From Polyangia bacterium (GTDB lineage Bacteria; Myxococcota_A; Polyangia; Nannocystales; Nannocystaceae), in NCBI GenBank assembly GCA_030430565.1, contig JAUIKS010000008.1, positions 47,225-111,224 on the forward strand: DNA of 64,000 nt, written 5' to 3'. Below the pieces are notes generated by a model. The model had not been told where the DNA came from and searched no databases. It was given only the letters and a program-made list of their open reading frames with translations. Both the position numbers and the translations under genes were made by a program. Below, piece by piece: positions 30,408 to 39,649 of the stretch. The stretch's first letter is position 1. The number at the start of each line of letters is the position of its first letter.

Positions 30408-32591
30408 TCAGGAAAAGCGGCTCCGAATACCAGGCATCACTGGTAAAATCCACACGGGAGATTCACCATGTGTAGCGATTGTTCGTAGCTCTTTGCGCTC
30501 CTCTTCGGCCAGCATATCTGCACACCGCCTAGCAACATTCTCCGCTTTCCGCCAACCTTTTGTGCTCGATCTCCGGTAGACTCTTTCGAGCGACACTGCA
30601 TCCTTCTCAGAGTATAGTAATATATCAAAAGAACAGGCCAGAAAGTACTCGCGCGATCGAAGGATCTCGTGGATGTAGTACCGTCCTGAAGATCCTATCC
30701 GAACTCGATCTTCGCTGGCCCACGGCGCTTCGAGTCGGTCGTAGGAAACGATGAGGCGCTCTCGCCCTAGAAAATTGACTGTACGCTCGACGACCCCGGG
30801 CTCATAACCGATTTGCTTCATGGTATCGACAATTGCACTGACACTTGCATCAGTCATGCAACTGGCATTCTGGGATGCCCAGTCTAAATATTGGAGCACA
30901 CGAACGGAGGCAAAGCGTGCCTCCATCGTATTCTTGGCACCGCGCAGGAGGTTAACAATCGGTGCTCGAGCTTCGTTGTAAACCCAGTTCTCGCCTTTCA
31001 TAACGGACCGAAGAAAGCTATCGAGCGTAATTGGGGAAGACCAGCCTCTCCCCTGAGACGCATCGTAGTCTCGGAACAACTTGTTGATATCAGTATGTGC
31101 ACTTGTTGAGTACCTCTCAACCAGCTTCAGAGCCTCTCTTATATTCCCACCCCCAAGAGCCGAGATGCACTCTCTTGCAGGCGGCCGATTCAGAACTGTC
31201 CCCGCAAGAATCTCTACAAAGTCTAATACACGCTCGTGATCAAAGCCGCGCATATCTCTGACAAACTGCGCTCCGAGGTGCTTGTCGCCGCGAAGCTCAT
31301 TGCGAATATATTCGACTCTTGCGGTAGCGACCTCCGCGAACGGAGGAGGATCTATCTGGAGAACCGTTGGTAACCGAACGTCTAGAAACCCCCCTGTCAC
31401 TCCACGTTCAAAAGTTGTTCCGCGCATGGAAATGGCTATGCTCGCATCAGTTTTGTGCGCTAAGTCGGCGGCGAGTTGATAAATCACCTTCTCAAACGCC
31501 ACTGTTCCTTGGTCTACGTTGTCGAGCACCACAATCGCTGAGCCGACCTCGCGTGCGACAAAGCCCAGCCATGCCTTGAGGTGCTCTTTGCGACGATCGA
31601 GGTGTTTCAGGATAATCTCGTCCTCGTCCTGCGGCGAGGGAGGCGGGCTATCAGGAGACCTAGCCGAACGGAAGCGTCGCAATTCTCCAGCAAACACTTT
31701 TCGCAGTACGGAGTTCTGAAAAGGAGACATCTTTGAATAATGAGTCTCGGCTTGATCAAGAAGATCTTTACAGATGGCGTCGATTAGACGATCATGATCG
31801 AAATTACTGGAGTGAAGCTGTGTATTATTAATAAGATCGACGTGCAAATATATTGCCTTATGCTCTTCTGGGCGACGTTCAACTTGTAACTTAAGCATTG
31901 CGAAGAAGGTTGATTTTCCACTCCCGGGTGGTCCGACCACCAGTGACACCCCTTTGCGAGGTTCGCCGTGGAATATTGCGTCAACAGGATCAACAGACGT
32001 TCGGTCTACTGGGTCTACTTCATCACCGTCCCGCAGCGCGCTTGGAAGCGTACTTGCGCTGAAGGGCTCAAGTTCCGCGAGATGCGTGTCCGTAGCGCTT
32101 GATCTGACATAGCATGCCCGCAGCATATCCTGGTGGCGTTCGTCCGTGAGATCATGAAAGCAGAGGCGCATCAATCGACGAATAGGACGAGTCAAGTAGT
32201 TCTTAGAACTTGAAGTGTCGACTTTCGTCATTGACAAAAGCTGGTGAAGACTTCTTGCGTAACTTGGCGTGCGGGACTTTCGCTCTGCGACTGCCAATTG
32301 TTGAGTCGGTACAGAAGTCCATAGCAACGCAACAGCTTCAATGTCCTCACGCCGGCGCGGCCGCTCTCCTACAAGGGCGGCGAAAAACTCGTGGTCGACG
32401 AGGCCGTGCCGTTTGAGCATGGCGATCGCGTTCTCGATCAAGACGGCCAGTGATGCAGGTGTACTCGGCAAACTAGAGAGAAGCTCGTCTGCTTGAGGAA
32501 ATCGTCCGAGAAAGCGGCGGAACTCCCTGTCGATGAAGAGCGACTGGAGAAGTGCTTCAAGGGCTCGCTCCTTGCTAGTCGGCAAGTTCAT
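30408..32591 (-). CDS. P-loop NTPase with NACHT/STAND-like motifs and an N-terminal alpha-helical effector-associated (EAD/Death-like) domain. Candidate anti-phage defence protein carried on a low-GC island.
   Basis: 727 aa. Walker A GPPGSGKST. Walker B-like IVVLDNVDQG (hhhhDxhD, NACHT-type). The N-terminal ~95 aa (ERALEALLQSLFIDREFRRFLGRFPQ ... LAVLIENAIAMLKRHGLVDHEFFAALVGERP) has the helical pattern of EAD/Death-like adaptor domains. Long helical C-terminal region. Gene body GC is about 40-45% against about 70% in the flanks. Confidence 0.75.
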   Translation of the reverse strand: MNLPTSKERALEALLQSLFIDREFRRFLGRFPQADELLSSLPSTPASLAVLIENAIAMLKRHGLVDHEFFAALVGERPRRREDIEAVALLWTSVPTQQLAVAERKSRTPSYARSLHQLLSMTKVDTSSSKNYLTRPIRRLMRLCFHDLTDERHQDMLRACYVRSSATDTHLAELEPFSASTLPSALRDGDEVDPVDRTSVDPVDAIFHGEPRKGVSLVVGPPGSGKSTFFAMLKLQVERRPEEHKAIYLHVDLINNTQLHSSNFDHDRLIDAICKDLLDQAETHYSKMSPFQNSVLRKVFAGELRRFRSARSPDSPPPSPQDEDEIILKHLDRRKEHLKAWLGFVAREVGSAIVVLDNVDQGTVAFEKVIYQLAADLAHKTDASIAISMRGTTFERGVTGGFLDVRLPTVLQIDPPPFAEVATARVEYIRNELRGDKHLGAQFVRDMRGFDHERVLDFVEILAGTVLNRPPARECISALGGGNIREALKLVERYSTSAHTDINKLFRDYDASQGRGWSSPITLDSFLRSVMKGENWVYNEARAPIVNLLRGAKNTMEARFASVRVLQYLDWASQNASCMTDASVSAIVDTMKQIGYEPGVVERTVNFLGRERLIVSYDRLEAPWASEDRVRIGSSGRYYIHEILRSREYFLACSFDILLYSEKDAVSLERVYRRSSTKGWRKAENVARRCADMLAEEERKELRTIATHGESPVWILPVMPGIRSRFS

Positions 32592-32679
32592 TGCTGACGA
32601 CTATGTTAGGTGCTTTCGCCATGGAGGACCAGTCCTCGCTAGGCAAGGGCTCGTCGCGCGGCCGCGGGGCGCCGTGTCG

Positions 32680-33384
32680 CTAGCGCGCGGCCTGGGCCGA
32701 CCACGCGCGCGCGTCGAGCCCCTTGACGAGCAGCCAGACGCACAGCGCCGTCTCGGCGAGCAGCGGGATGACGTACGCCGGCGCGAAGGCGGCCGCGAAC
32801 TCGGGGGCGACGAAGCGCGCCGCGCTGCCGACGAGGTAGACGACCCCCGAGCACCCGATCGCGTAGCCGATGATCCGGGGCAGGAACTCCGCGCGCGCGA
32901 CCAGGACGCCGACGAGCAGGCAGTTGAAGGCGAAGAACACGAGCCCGAGGTCGTAGCCGGCCGCGTGGGCGTCGAGCAGCGAGACCACCCACGCGTCGCG
33001 GTGACCCGCCTCGAGGCCCGTGGACGTCGCGATCGTGACGGCCTGGTAGAGGTTGACGAGGTTGAGCCCGAGCGCCGCCGCCTGGACGAGCCGGAAGGCC
33101 ATCGCCGCGAGCGAGAGCGTTCGGCTGACCGGCGCGAGCAGGACGTAGAGCAGCACGCCGAGGCCGACATCGGCGATCACCATCGCCATGTCCGCGAGGA
33201 CGCTGAGGCGAAACGGCAGCTCGGCGGCGACGAGGTTGGCCACGGTCTGCGCGGCGCTCTCGGCGAGCAGCGGCTCGCGGATCAAGCCCTGCCCGCCCAC
33301 GCCGCAGACGATGATGACGAGGTAGAGCAGCCCCGCGAGGCGGGCGAGACGGCGGGGCGATTTGATGTGGTCAAGCTCGAGCAT
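32680..33384 (-). CDS. Integral membrane protein (DUF4386-like, 4-5 TM helices)
   Basis: Hydrophobic helices throughout. N-terminal RRLARLAGLLYLVIIVCG is typical of DUF4386. High GC, host-like composition. Confidence 0.55.
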   Translation of the reverse strand: MLELDHIKSPRRLARLAGLLYLVIIVCGVGGQGLIREPLLAESAAQTVANLVAAELPFRLSVLADMAMVIADVGLGVLLYVLLAPVSRTLSLAAMAFRLVQAAALGLNLVNLYQAVTIATSTGLEAGHRDAWVVSLLDAHAAGYDLGLVFFAFNCLLVGVLVARAEFLPRIIGYAIGCSGVVYLVGSAARFVAPEFAAAFAPAYVIPLLAETALCVWLLVKGLDARAWSAQAAR

Positions 33385-33416
33385 GTTCGTGTCCTCTCTG
33401 CCGCTGCGGGCTCGCG

Positions 33417-34097
<681 letters not shown>

Positions 34098-34214
34098 GCC
34101 GATTCCTCCCGTTCGCGCCGGGTTCATCGCCGGCGCCACATATGGGATACCCATGCACGAACGTGCGAACCATTCCCCAGGCTCGCACTTCATATATGCA
34201 ATCATGCATACAAT

Positions 34215-34245
34215 GCGCGAAAGCGCGCGAAAGCGCGCGCTTTCG
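34215..34245. promoter_or_regulatory. GC-rich tandem and palindromic element GCGCGAAAGCGCGCGAAAGCGCGCGCTTTCG inside an AT-rich intergenic region. It includes a perfect 18-bp palindrome at 34228-34245.
   Basis: Read directly in the sequence. Lies between the NmrA-like gene start and the downstream end of the spermidine-synthase-like gene. Confidence 0.4.
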
Positions 34246-34428
34246 TCAGCGCCGACGCGGGCGCGAGCGGGCGCCGTGAGCCGTCGGCGAAACGCACGGT
34301 GTTGAGGCAGTCGAGCACCACCAGCGCGCGCGTGAGTGAACGGGGACAGCGATTCGAAGAACGCGCGCGACTCGAGGCTCGCGATCTGCATCGAGTCGAT
34401 CACCTCGGCCTCGGGTCGAGCGCCGCGG

Positions 34429-35460
34429 TCATGACCCCGAGTCCCCCGCGCAGCGCGGCGTGCAGCTCTCGTTGTGACGATCGATGCCGGCCTCGCGCGC
34501 GTCGGCCTCGAAGTCGTCCTCGAGCACGCGCCCGCCGGCCGGCGGCGGGTTGCTGGCGGGCTCGAGACGCGCGAGCAGCTCGGCGGTGTCGAGGCCGTAC
34601 TCGGCGCGCAGGCGCTCGGCGTTCGCGGACAGCTCGGCGTCGCCGAGGCGCCGGGGCGCGTTGCTGGCGACCAGCGAGGCCTCGAGCGCGGTCGCGCTGT
34701 GGAACAGGTAGATCTGCGGGAACACGGCCGCGAAGGTCGCCCGGTCATCGGGGTAGCGGCGCGAGCGGCTGTGCAGGTTCGCGAGCACGACGCCCCCCTC
34801 GGCGAGGCGCGCGGCGCAGGCCTCGAGATACTGGCGCGAGCGCAGGTGCAGCGGCACGGTCGCGCCGCGGTAGGCGTCGAGGATGATCACGTCCCAGCGG
34901 CGCGCGGCGTCGCTGCGCTCGATGAAGCGCCGGCCGTCGGCCACGTGCGTGCGGTAGCGGGGGTCGTCGGGGATGCCGAAGTGCGCGCGCGCGAGCTCGA
35001 CGACCGCGGGGCAGATGTCGACCGCGTCGATCTCGATCCCCGGCACGTGCGCGAACAGATGATTGGTGACCTGCCCGCCGCCGAGGCCGATCATCAGCAG
35101 CCGGCGCGGGCGCGGGTGCACGAGCAAGGCCGACACCATGGCCGAGAAGACAGGTAACTGGAGACCGTCGGGATCGCGAGTGTCGTGGACCGACTCGATC
35201 ACGCGCGCGCCGTCGACCACGAAGTACATCGTCCGGATCGTGCCGCGCTCGGTCACGACGACGTGGTTGTAGCGCGAGCGCTGCTCCCCGATCACGCGCT
35301 CCGCCGCGGGCTCGCGGCGGAGCGCGTGATCGGCTCGATCCGACCCGCGCGCGACGACCGGCTTCGGGCTCGCGCCTTGGCTCCGACGCGCGGCGCAGCC
35401 GAGCAGCCAGGGCGACGCGGCCACACAGCCACGGAGCAGGTCTCGACGGCGCAGCGGCAT
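34429..35460 (-). CDS. Spermidine/spermine-synthase-like (class I methyltransferase fold) protein with a Tat/Sec-type N-terminal signal
   Basis: Start MPLRRRDLLRGCVAASPWLLGCAA (RR-motif signal, possible lipobox). Core LLMIGLGGGQVTNHL ... VDICPAVVELARAHFG ... VIILDAY matches the spermidine synthase / aminopropyltransferase fold. ORF-track extension to 36498 was rejected. Confidence 0.6.
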   Translation of the reverse strand: MPLRRRDLLRGCVAASPWLLGCAARRSQGASPKPVVARGSDRADHALRREPAAERVIGEQRSRYNHVVVTERGTIRTMYFVVDGARVIESVHDTRDPDGLQLPVFSAMVSALLVHPRPRRLLMIGLGGGQVTNHLFAHVPGIEIDAVDICPAVVELARAHFGIPDDPRYRTHVADGRRFIERSDAARRWDVIILDAYRGATVPLHLRSRQYLEACAARLAEGGVVLANLHSRSRRYPDDRATFAAVFPQIYLFHSATALEASLVASNAPRRLGDAELSANAERLRAEYGLDTAELLARLEPASNPPPAGGRVLEDDFEADAREAGIDRHNESCTPRCAGDSGS

Positions 35461-35489
35461 GCCCGACAGTTGTACCGCGGCGCCGTCGC

Positions 35490-36272
35490 TCACGGCGTCG
35501 CGCCCGACCCCAGCGCCGCGACGTGCTCGCGCACCAGCGCCGCGAAGGCCTCGGGCGCGTCGAGCTGCACGCAGTGCCCGGCGCCCACAACGACCTCGAG
35601 GCGGCTGCCCGGCGCGCGCGCGTGCCAGCGCCGCGCCGCCCGCTCGAGCGCCTCGAGCTCGCGCGCGCCGATCACGATCCACAGCGGGCAGCGCAGCGCG
35701 TCGTCGCGCTCCTCGGAGAGGATCCGATCGCCGCCGCGCAGCGCCAGCAGACCGCGTCGGGAGAAGCCCGCGACCAGCCGGGTCATCGCCGCGCGCCCGC
35801 GGGGCGTCGCCGCCGACCGCCGGACGATGAAGCGGCGCAGCAGCGCCATCACGGGCAGGCGGATCAGCCAGCGCAGCGACTCGCGCCGCTGCGCGCGGAT
35901 GAGCGTCGCGTCGGTGACCTCGAAGCCGCCCACCGCGATCAGCGAGCGCGCCCGCGCCGGGAACCGGCGGGCGAGTTCCTGGGCGACCAGCGAGCCCAGC
36001 GAGACGCCGACGAGGACCGCCGCGTCCACGCCCTCGCGCGCCAGGATCGCGTCGAGCCGCGGCGCGACGTCGCCGAGGGTCGCGGACGAGCCGAGGCTCC
36101 CGCCGTGCCCGGGCAGATCGACGCACACGATGCGGTGCGCGCCCGAGAGCGCGTCGACCAGCTCCGCGAACGCGCCCGCGTGGGTGAACGCGGGGTGCAG
36201 CAAGAGCAGCGTCGGCTCGCCGGCGCCGTGAACCTCGTAGCGCAGCCCCTCGTGAACGCGCGCGCTCGTCAC
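35490..36272 (-). CDS. Alpha/beta-fold hydrolase
   Basis: HPAFTHAG, nucleophile elbow GVSLGS, C-terminal GAGHCVQLDAPEAF (catalytic His). Confidence 0.75.
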   Translation of the reverse strand: MTSARVHEGLRYEVHGAGEPTLLLLHPAFTHAGAFAELVDALSGAHRIVCVDLPGHGGSLGSSATLGDVAPRLDAILAREGVDAAVLVGVSLGSLVAQELARRFPARARSLIAVGGFEVTDATLIRAQRRESLRWLIRLPVMALLRRFIVRRSAATPRGRAAMTRLVAGFSRRGLLALRGGDRILSEERDDALRCPLWIVIGARELEALERAARRWHARAPGSRLEVVVGAGHCVQLDAPEAFAALVREHVAALGSGATP

Positions 36273-36424
36273 GACCGCTGGGTATCACAGCGCGCGGCGG
36301 CCCGCTCGGCCCGCCAGCCGCGGACCGACGGGAGTGATTGCCCAATGACGCGACCGCGGTAGACTCACGCGCGCCGCCGCGCGGCCGCCACGTCGACTCG
36401 CGCGCCCGAGGCGACGAGCACACC

Positions 36425-37504
36425 ATGACGACCCAGGCCCCACCGGCGCTCACCGGAAACCGCGCCGCGCCGCGCCGTCGGTCGCGGCTCGCCGGCAAAG
36501 CCGTGCTCGCGCTCGCGCTCGCGCTCGCCAGCTCGCTGGGCTGCGGCTTCGGCTACGACAAGGGGACCGCGGACTGGGTCCCCCCGGATTACTGGGAGAC
36601 CGAGCGCTACGCGGAGGTCGCGGGCCTGCGGCTCTGCTACCTCGAGAGCGGGCCGCTGGACCCCGACGCGGCCGCGGCCGAACCTGTCCCGACGATCGTG
36701 TTCGTGCACGGCTGGAGCGGTAACCTGCAGAACTGGTGGGATCAGTACGAGTACTTTCGCCAGCGCTACCGGGTCGTCGTCTTCGACCTCCCCGGCCACG
36801 GCAAGTCCGAGCGCGGGCCGCATATCGAGCACACCATGGACCTGTACGATCAGGCGCTGCTCGAGCTACTCGACACCCTCGAGATCGAGCGGGCGATCAT
36901 CGCCGGCAACTCCGCGGGCGGCTGGATCGCGACCCGCTTCGCGCTCGATCACCCGGGCCGCGTCGAGCGGCTCATCCTCGCCGACCCGACGGGGACGCGC
37001 TTTCGCGGGAAGATCGGCACGATCCTGCCGATCTTAAACGCGCGCCGGCTCCACATGGTCGGCATGACCGACGGCAAGCACTACCCCGCCGTCGACCCCA
37101 AGAGCCTCGAGCGACGCGCCTTCATCGAGAGCTTCAACGGCACCGCCGAGCTCAAGATCTACCTCGAGACGCTCGCGGAGGTGCTGCCCCAGACCTACGT
37201 CCGCCTCGACGGGCGATTCTCGGAGCTCGAGGCGCCCACGCTGCTGCTGTGGGGCGACGACGATCCCGTCGTCCCGAAGCGGGCGCGCAAGGTCTACGAG
37301 CGCGAGGTCGACGACCTCACGACCTACTTGGTGCAGCTCGGCGGTCACGCGCCGATGATGGCCTCGCCGGCCGAGGTCACCTGCGCGATGGATGCCTTCC
37401 TCAACGGGCGCGCGCTCGAGCCGTGCACGCGCTACGCGATCGACGAGACGATCGCGAAGAAGCGCGAGGCCGGCGAGCCCGTCGCGCTCCCCCGCTACCC
37501 GTGA
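36425..37504 (+). CDS. Alpha/beta-fold hydrolase lipoprotein
   Basis: Start MTTQAPPALTGNRAAPRRRSRLAGKAVLALALALASSLGCG (lipobox). VFVHGWSGN, nucleophile GNSAGG, GGHAPMM (catalytic His). Confidence 0.75.
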   Translation: MTTQAPPALTGNRAAPRRRSRLAGKAVLALALALASSLGCGFGYDKGTADWVPPDYWETERYAEVAGLRLCYLESGPLDPDAAAAEPVPTIVFVHGWSGNLQNWWDQYEYFRQRYRVVVFDLPGHGKSERGPHIEHTMDLYDQALLELLDTLEIERAIIAGNSAGGWIATRFALDHPGRVERLILADPTGTRFRGKIGTILPILNARRLHMVGMTDGKHYPAVDPKSLERRAFIESFNGTAELKIYLETLAEVLPQTYVRLDGRFSELEAPTLLLWGDDDPVVPKRARKVYEREVDDLTTYLVQLGGHAPMMASPAEVTCAMDAFLNGRALEPCTRYAIDETIAKKREAGEPVALPRYP

Positions 37505-38290
37505 TCACTCGACCCCGAGCACGCGGCGCAGCGCCGCCTCGCGCAGCGAGGTCGGCAGCGCACGCGCGAGCCTCGTGAGCGCCGCGAGCGGCCCCGGGAA
37601 CCGCGTCTGCGCCCGCTCGCGCTCCATCGCGCGGATGACCTCACGGGCAGCTCGCGCCTCGCTCAACTCGAACGGGCGACGGAGCTCCGCGTCGCGCCCG
37701 GTGCCGGTCTTGATGAAGCCGGGGCACAACGTCACGGTGCGGATCCCGTGGGCGCGCAGCTCGAGGTGCGCCGTCTCCATCAGCACGCGCGCGGCCGCCT
37801 TCGCGGCGGAGTACGGGCCCTGCAGCGGCAAGCCGACGAAGCCGGCGAGCGAATTCGTGTGGGCGATCAAGCCGCCCTCCTGCTGCCGCTTCATCGCGGC
37901 CGCGGCCGGGATCAAGAAGTGCACCAGCGTGTCGTAGTTGAGCCGCATGACGCGGAGCACGTCCTCGACCTCGACCGCGCGCAGGTCCTGGGTCGGACCG
38001 CTGCCGATGTTGAGCAGGCAGGCGTCGAGCCGCCCCCAGCGCGCGACGACCTCCGCCACCGAGTCCCGCGCGAACGCGGGGTCGAGCGCGTCCCCGGGCA
38101 GCGCGAGCGCCTCGGCCCCCGCGCGCTCGAGCTCCTCCTTGAGCGTCTCGAGCAGGCCCGCGCGCCGGGCGAGCACCGCGATCCTCGTGCCGCTCTTGGG
38201 CCCCCCGCGCGCGGCGAGCCGCGTCGCTACGGCTCTGCCCAAGCCCGAGGAGGCGCCGGTGATGAGGATGACTCGACCGCGCAGACGCAT
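37505..38290 (-). CDS. Short-chain dehydrogenase/reductase (SDR)
   Basis: Start MRLRGRVILITGASSGLGRAVA (TGxxxGxG), NIGSG, YSAAKAA (YxxxK). Extension to 38803 was rejected. Confidence 0.8.
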   Translation of the reverse strand: MRLRGRVILITGASSGLGRAVATRLAARGGPKSGTRIAVLARRAGLLETLKEELERAGAEALALPGDALDPAFARDSVAEVVARWGRLDACLLNIGSGPTQDLRAVEVEDVLRVMRLNYDTLVHFLIPAAAAMKRQQEGGLIAHTNSLAGFVGLPLQGPYSAAKAAARVLMETAHLELRAHGIRTVTLCPGFIKTGTGRDAELRRPFELSEARAAREVIRAMERERAQTRFPGPLAALTRLARALPTSLREAALRRVLGVE

Positions 38291-38417
38291 CGCGCGGACC
38301 GTACACGAAGCTCGCCGTCGTCGCGCGCACCGTCGCGCGACGCTGGACCGCGCGCGGCGTCGCGCAGACGATTTTTTTTGTCGCGGCGCGTTGGTTCGCG
38401 GAGCCCGGCGCATACGG

Positions 38418-39350
38418 ATGGGCGTCATGCGTACCGCAATCACCGTATCGCTCATCACCGCCTCTATGTTCCTCTCCACCGCCGGGGTGGCGCACGCCAA
38501 CGGCGCCAGCTCGTGCCAGTCGGAGTGGGTCAAGTTCAAGAGCTTCTTCGACAAGAACGGGCCCAAGATCGCCAAGGGAGTCTGCCAGCTGTTCGCCGGC
38601 GACGACGCCGCCAAGGCCCAGAAGTGCGTCGACGACTTCGAAAAGAACAAGGCGAAGGTCGACCAGATCATCAACAAGTACAACAACACCGCCGGCGACT
38701 CGGCCTGGAAGACCGGCCCGCGCGGGCTCGGCGAGGACCGCTGGAAGTCCGGCACGCTGATCGCCCAGCGCACCTTCGCCGGCGCGCCGGTCATGTCGGA
38801 CACCTACCGCCTCGAGCTCATCCGCACCGGCGGCAAGGCCAAGAAGGCGATGCGCGGCACCGTCTGCTTCCTCGACGAGAACGGCCACGCGGCGGCCTCG
38901 ACCGACTTCACCATCGACAAGCGGCGCACGAGCTTCAACCGCACCTTCAACAACGTCGCCGGCCTGACGCCGGTGATCCTGCTCTCGAAGCCCCTCGGCA
39001 CCGACGGCCACAAGTACAAGATCAAGGGCGCCTCGGGCGGCGAGCCCGAGGTCGTGAAGAAGGCCCGCAAGCGCGCCCAGGCGGGCGGCGCCAACAACTC
39101 CAACACCTGCAACAACCCCTGCCCGAAGGGCGGGAAGTACGACGGCGCGAACTGCTACATCGGGAGCGCCCCGGGCGGCACCAAGGCGTTCATCTATCAC
39201 AACAACTACTACTACACGCCCCTGCCGGGGAACCGCTGCCCGCTGCCCGGGAGCGGCTTCGACGGCGCGAACTGCTACGTGAAACCTGCTCCAAAGGGCA
39301 CGAAGCCGTTCATCTACGCGAACAACTGGTACTACAAGTCCTGCCCGTAG
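38418..39350 (+). CDS. Secreted Lys-rich protein with a C-terminal tandem Cys-containing repeat (unknown function)
   Basis: Signal peptide MGVMRTAITVSLITASMFLSTAGVAHA. Two copies of about 35 aa: CPKGGKYDGANCYIGSAPGGTKAFIYHNNYYYTP and CPLPGSGFDGANCYVKPAPKGTKPFIYANNWYYKSCP. Somewhat lower GC than neighbouring genes. Confidence 0.6.
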   Translation: MGVMRTAITVSLITASMFLSTAGVAHANGASSCQSEWVKFKSFFDKNGPKIAKGVCQLFAGDDAAKAQKCVDDFEKNKAKVDQIINKYNNTAGDSAWKTGPRGLGEDRWKSGTLIAQRTFAGAPVMSDTYRLELIRTGGKAKKAMRGTVCFLDENGHAAASTDFTIDKRRTSFNRTFNNVAGLTPVILLSKPLGTDGHKYKIKGASGGEPEVVKKARKRAQAGGANNSNTCNNPCPKGGKYDGANCYIGSAPGGTKAFIYHNNYYYTPLPGNRCPLPGSGFDGANCYVKPAPKGTKPFIYANNWYYKSCP

Positions 39351-39649
39351 CGTACCCGCGGGGGCGCGCGCGGACGCGTGCCCCCGCGTCACTCAGTCGG
39401 CCGCGAGGTCTCGACGCACCGCGAGCGTCGTCGGGTGGTCGGGGCCGAGCGCGGCGGTGGCCTCCATGACCGCGCGACCGACTCGATCGCTTTCTCGTGC
39501 CGCTCGAGGAGCGACTCTTCGGGCTGACCGAGCACGACGTCGACACCGTCGATGTCGACGCGAAACGTGTCGGTCTCCCGGTCGCTGGGCATGAAGGGTG
39601 AGTCTACACGCCTGCGCCCGAGGACGGCGCGCGCTGCCTCAACCCGCGC

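Noticed and set aside
34429-36498. 689-aa minus-strand ORF
   Set aside because: Only the distal 344 codons (from MPLRRRDLL at 35460) form a plausible protein. The upstream part overlaps the alpha/beta hydrolase gene in another frame.
39389-39592. 67-aa minus ORF downstream of the PP2C gene (MPSDRETDTFRVDIDGVDVV ...)
   Set aside because: First half looks protein-like but the second half is R/P/S-rich junk. No RBS. Too short to support.
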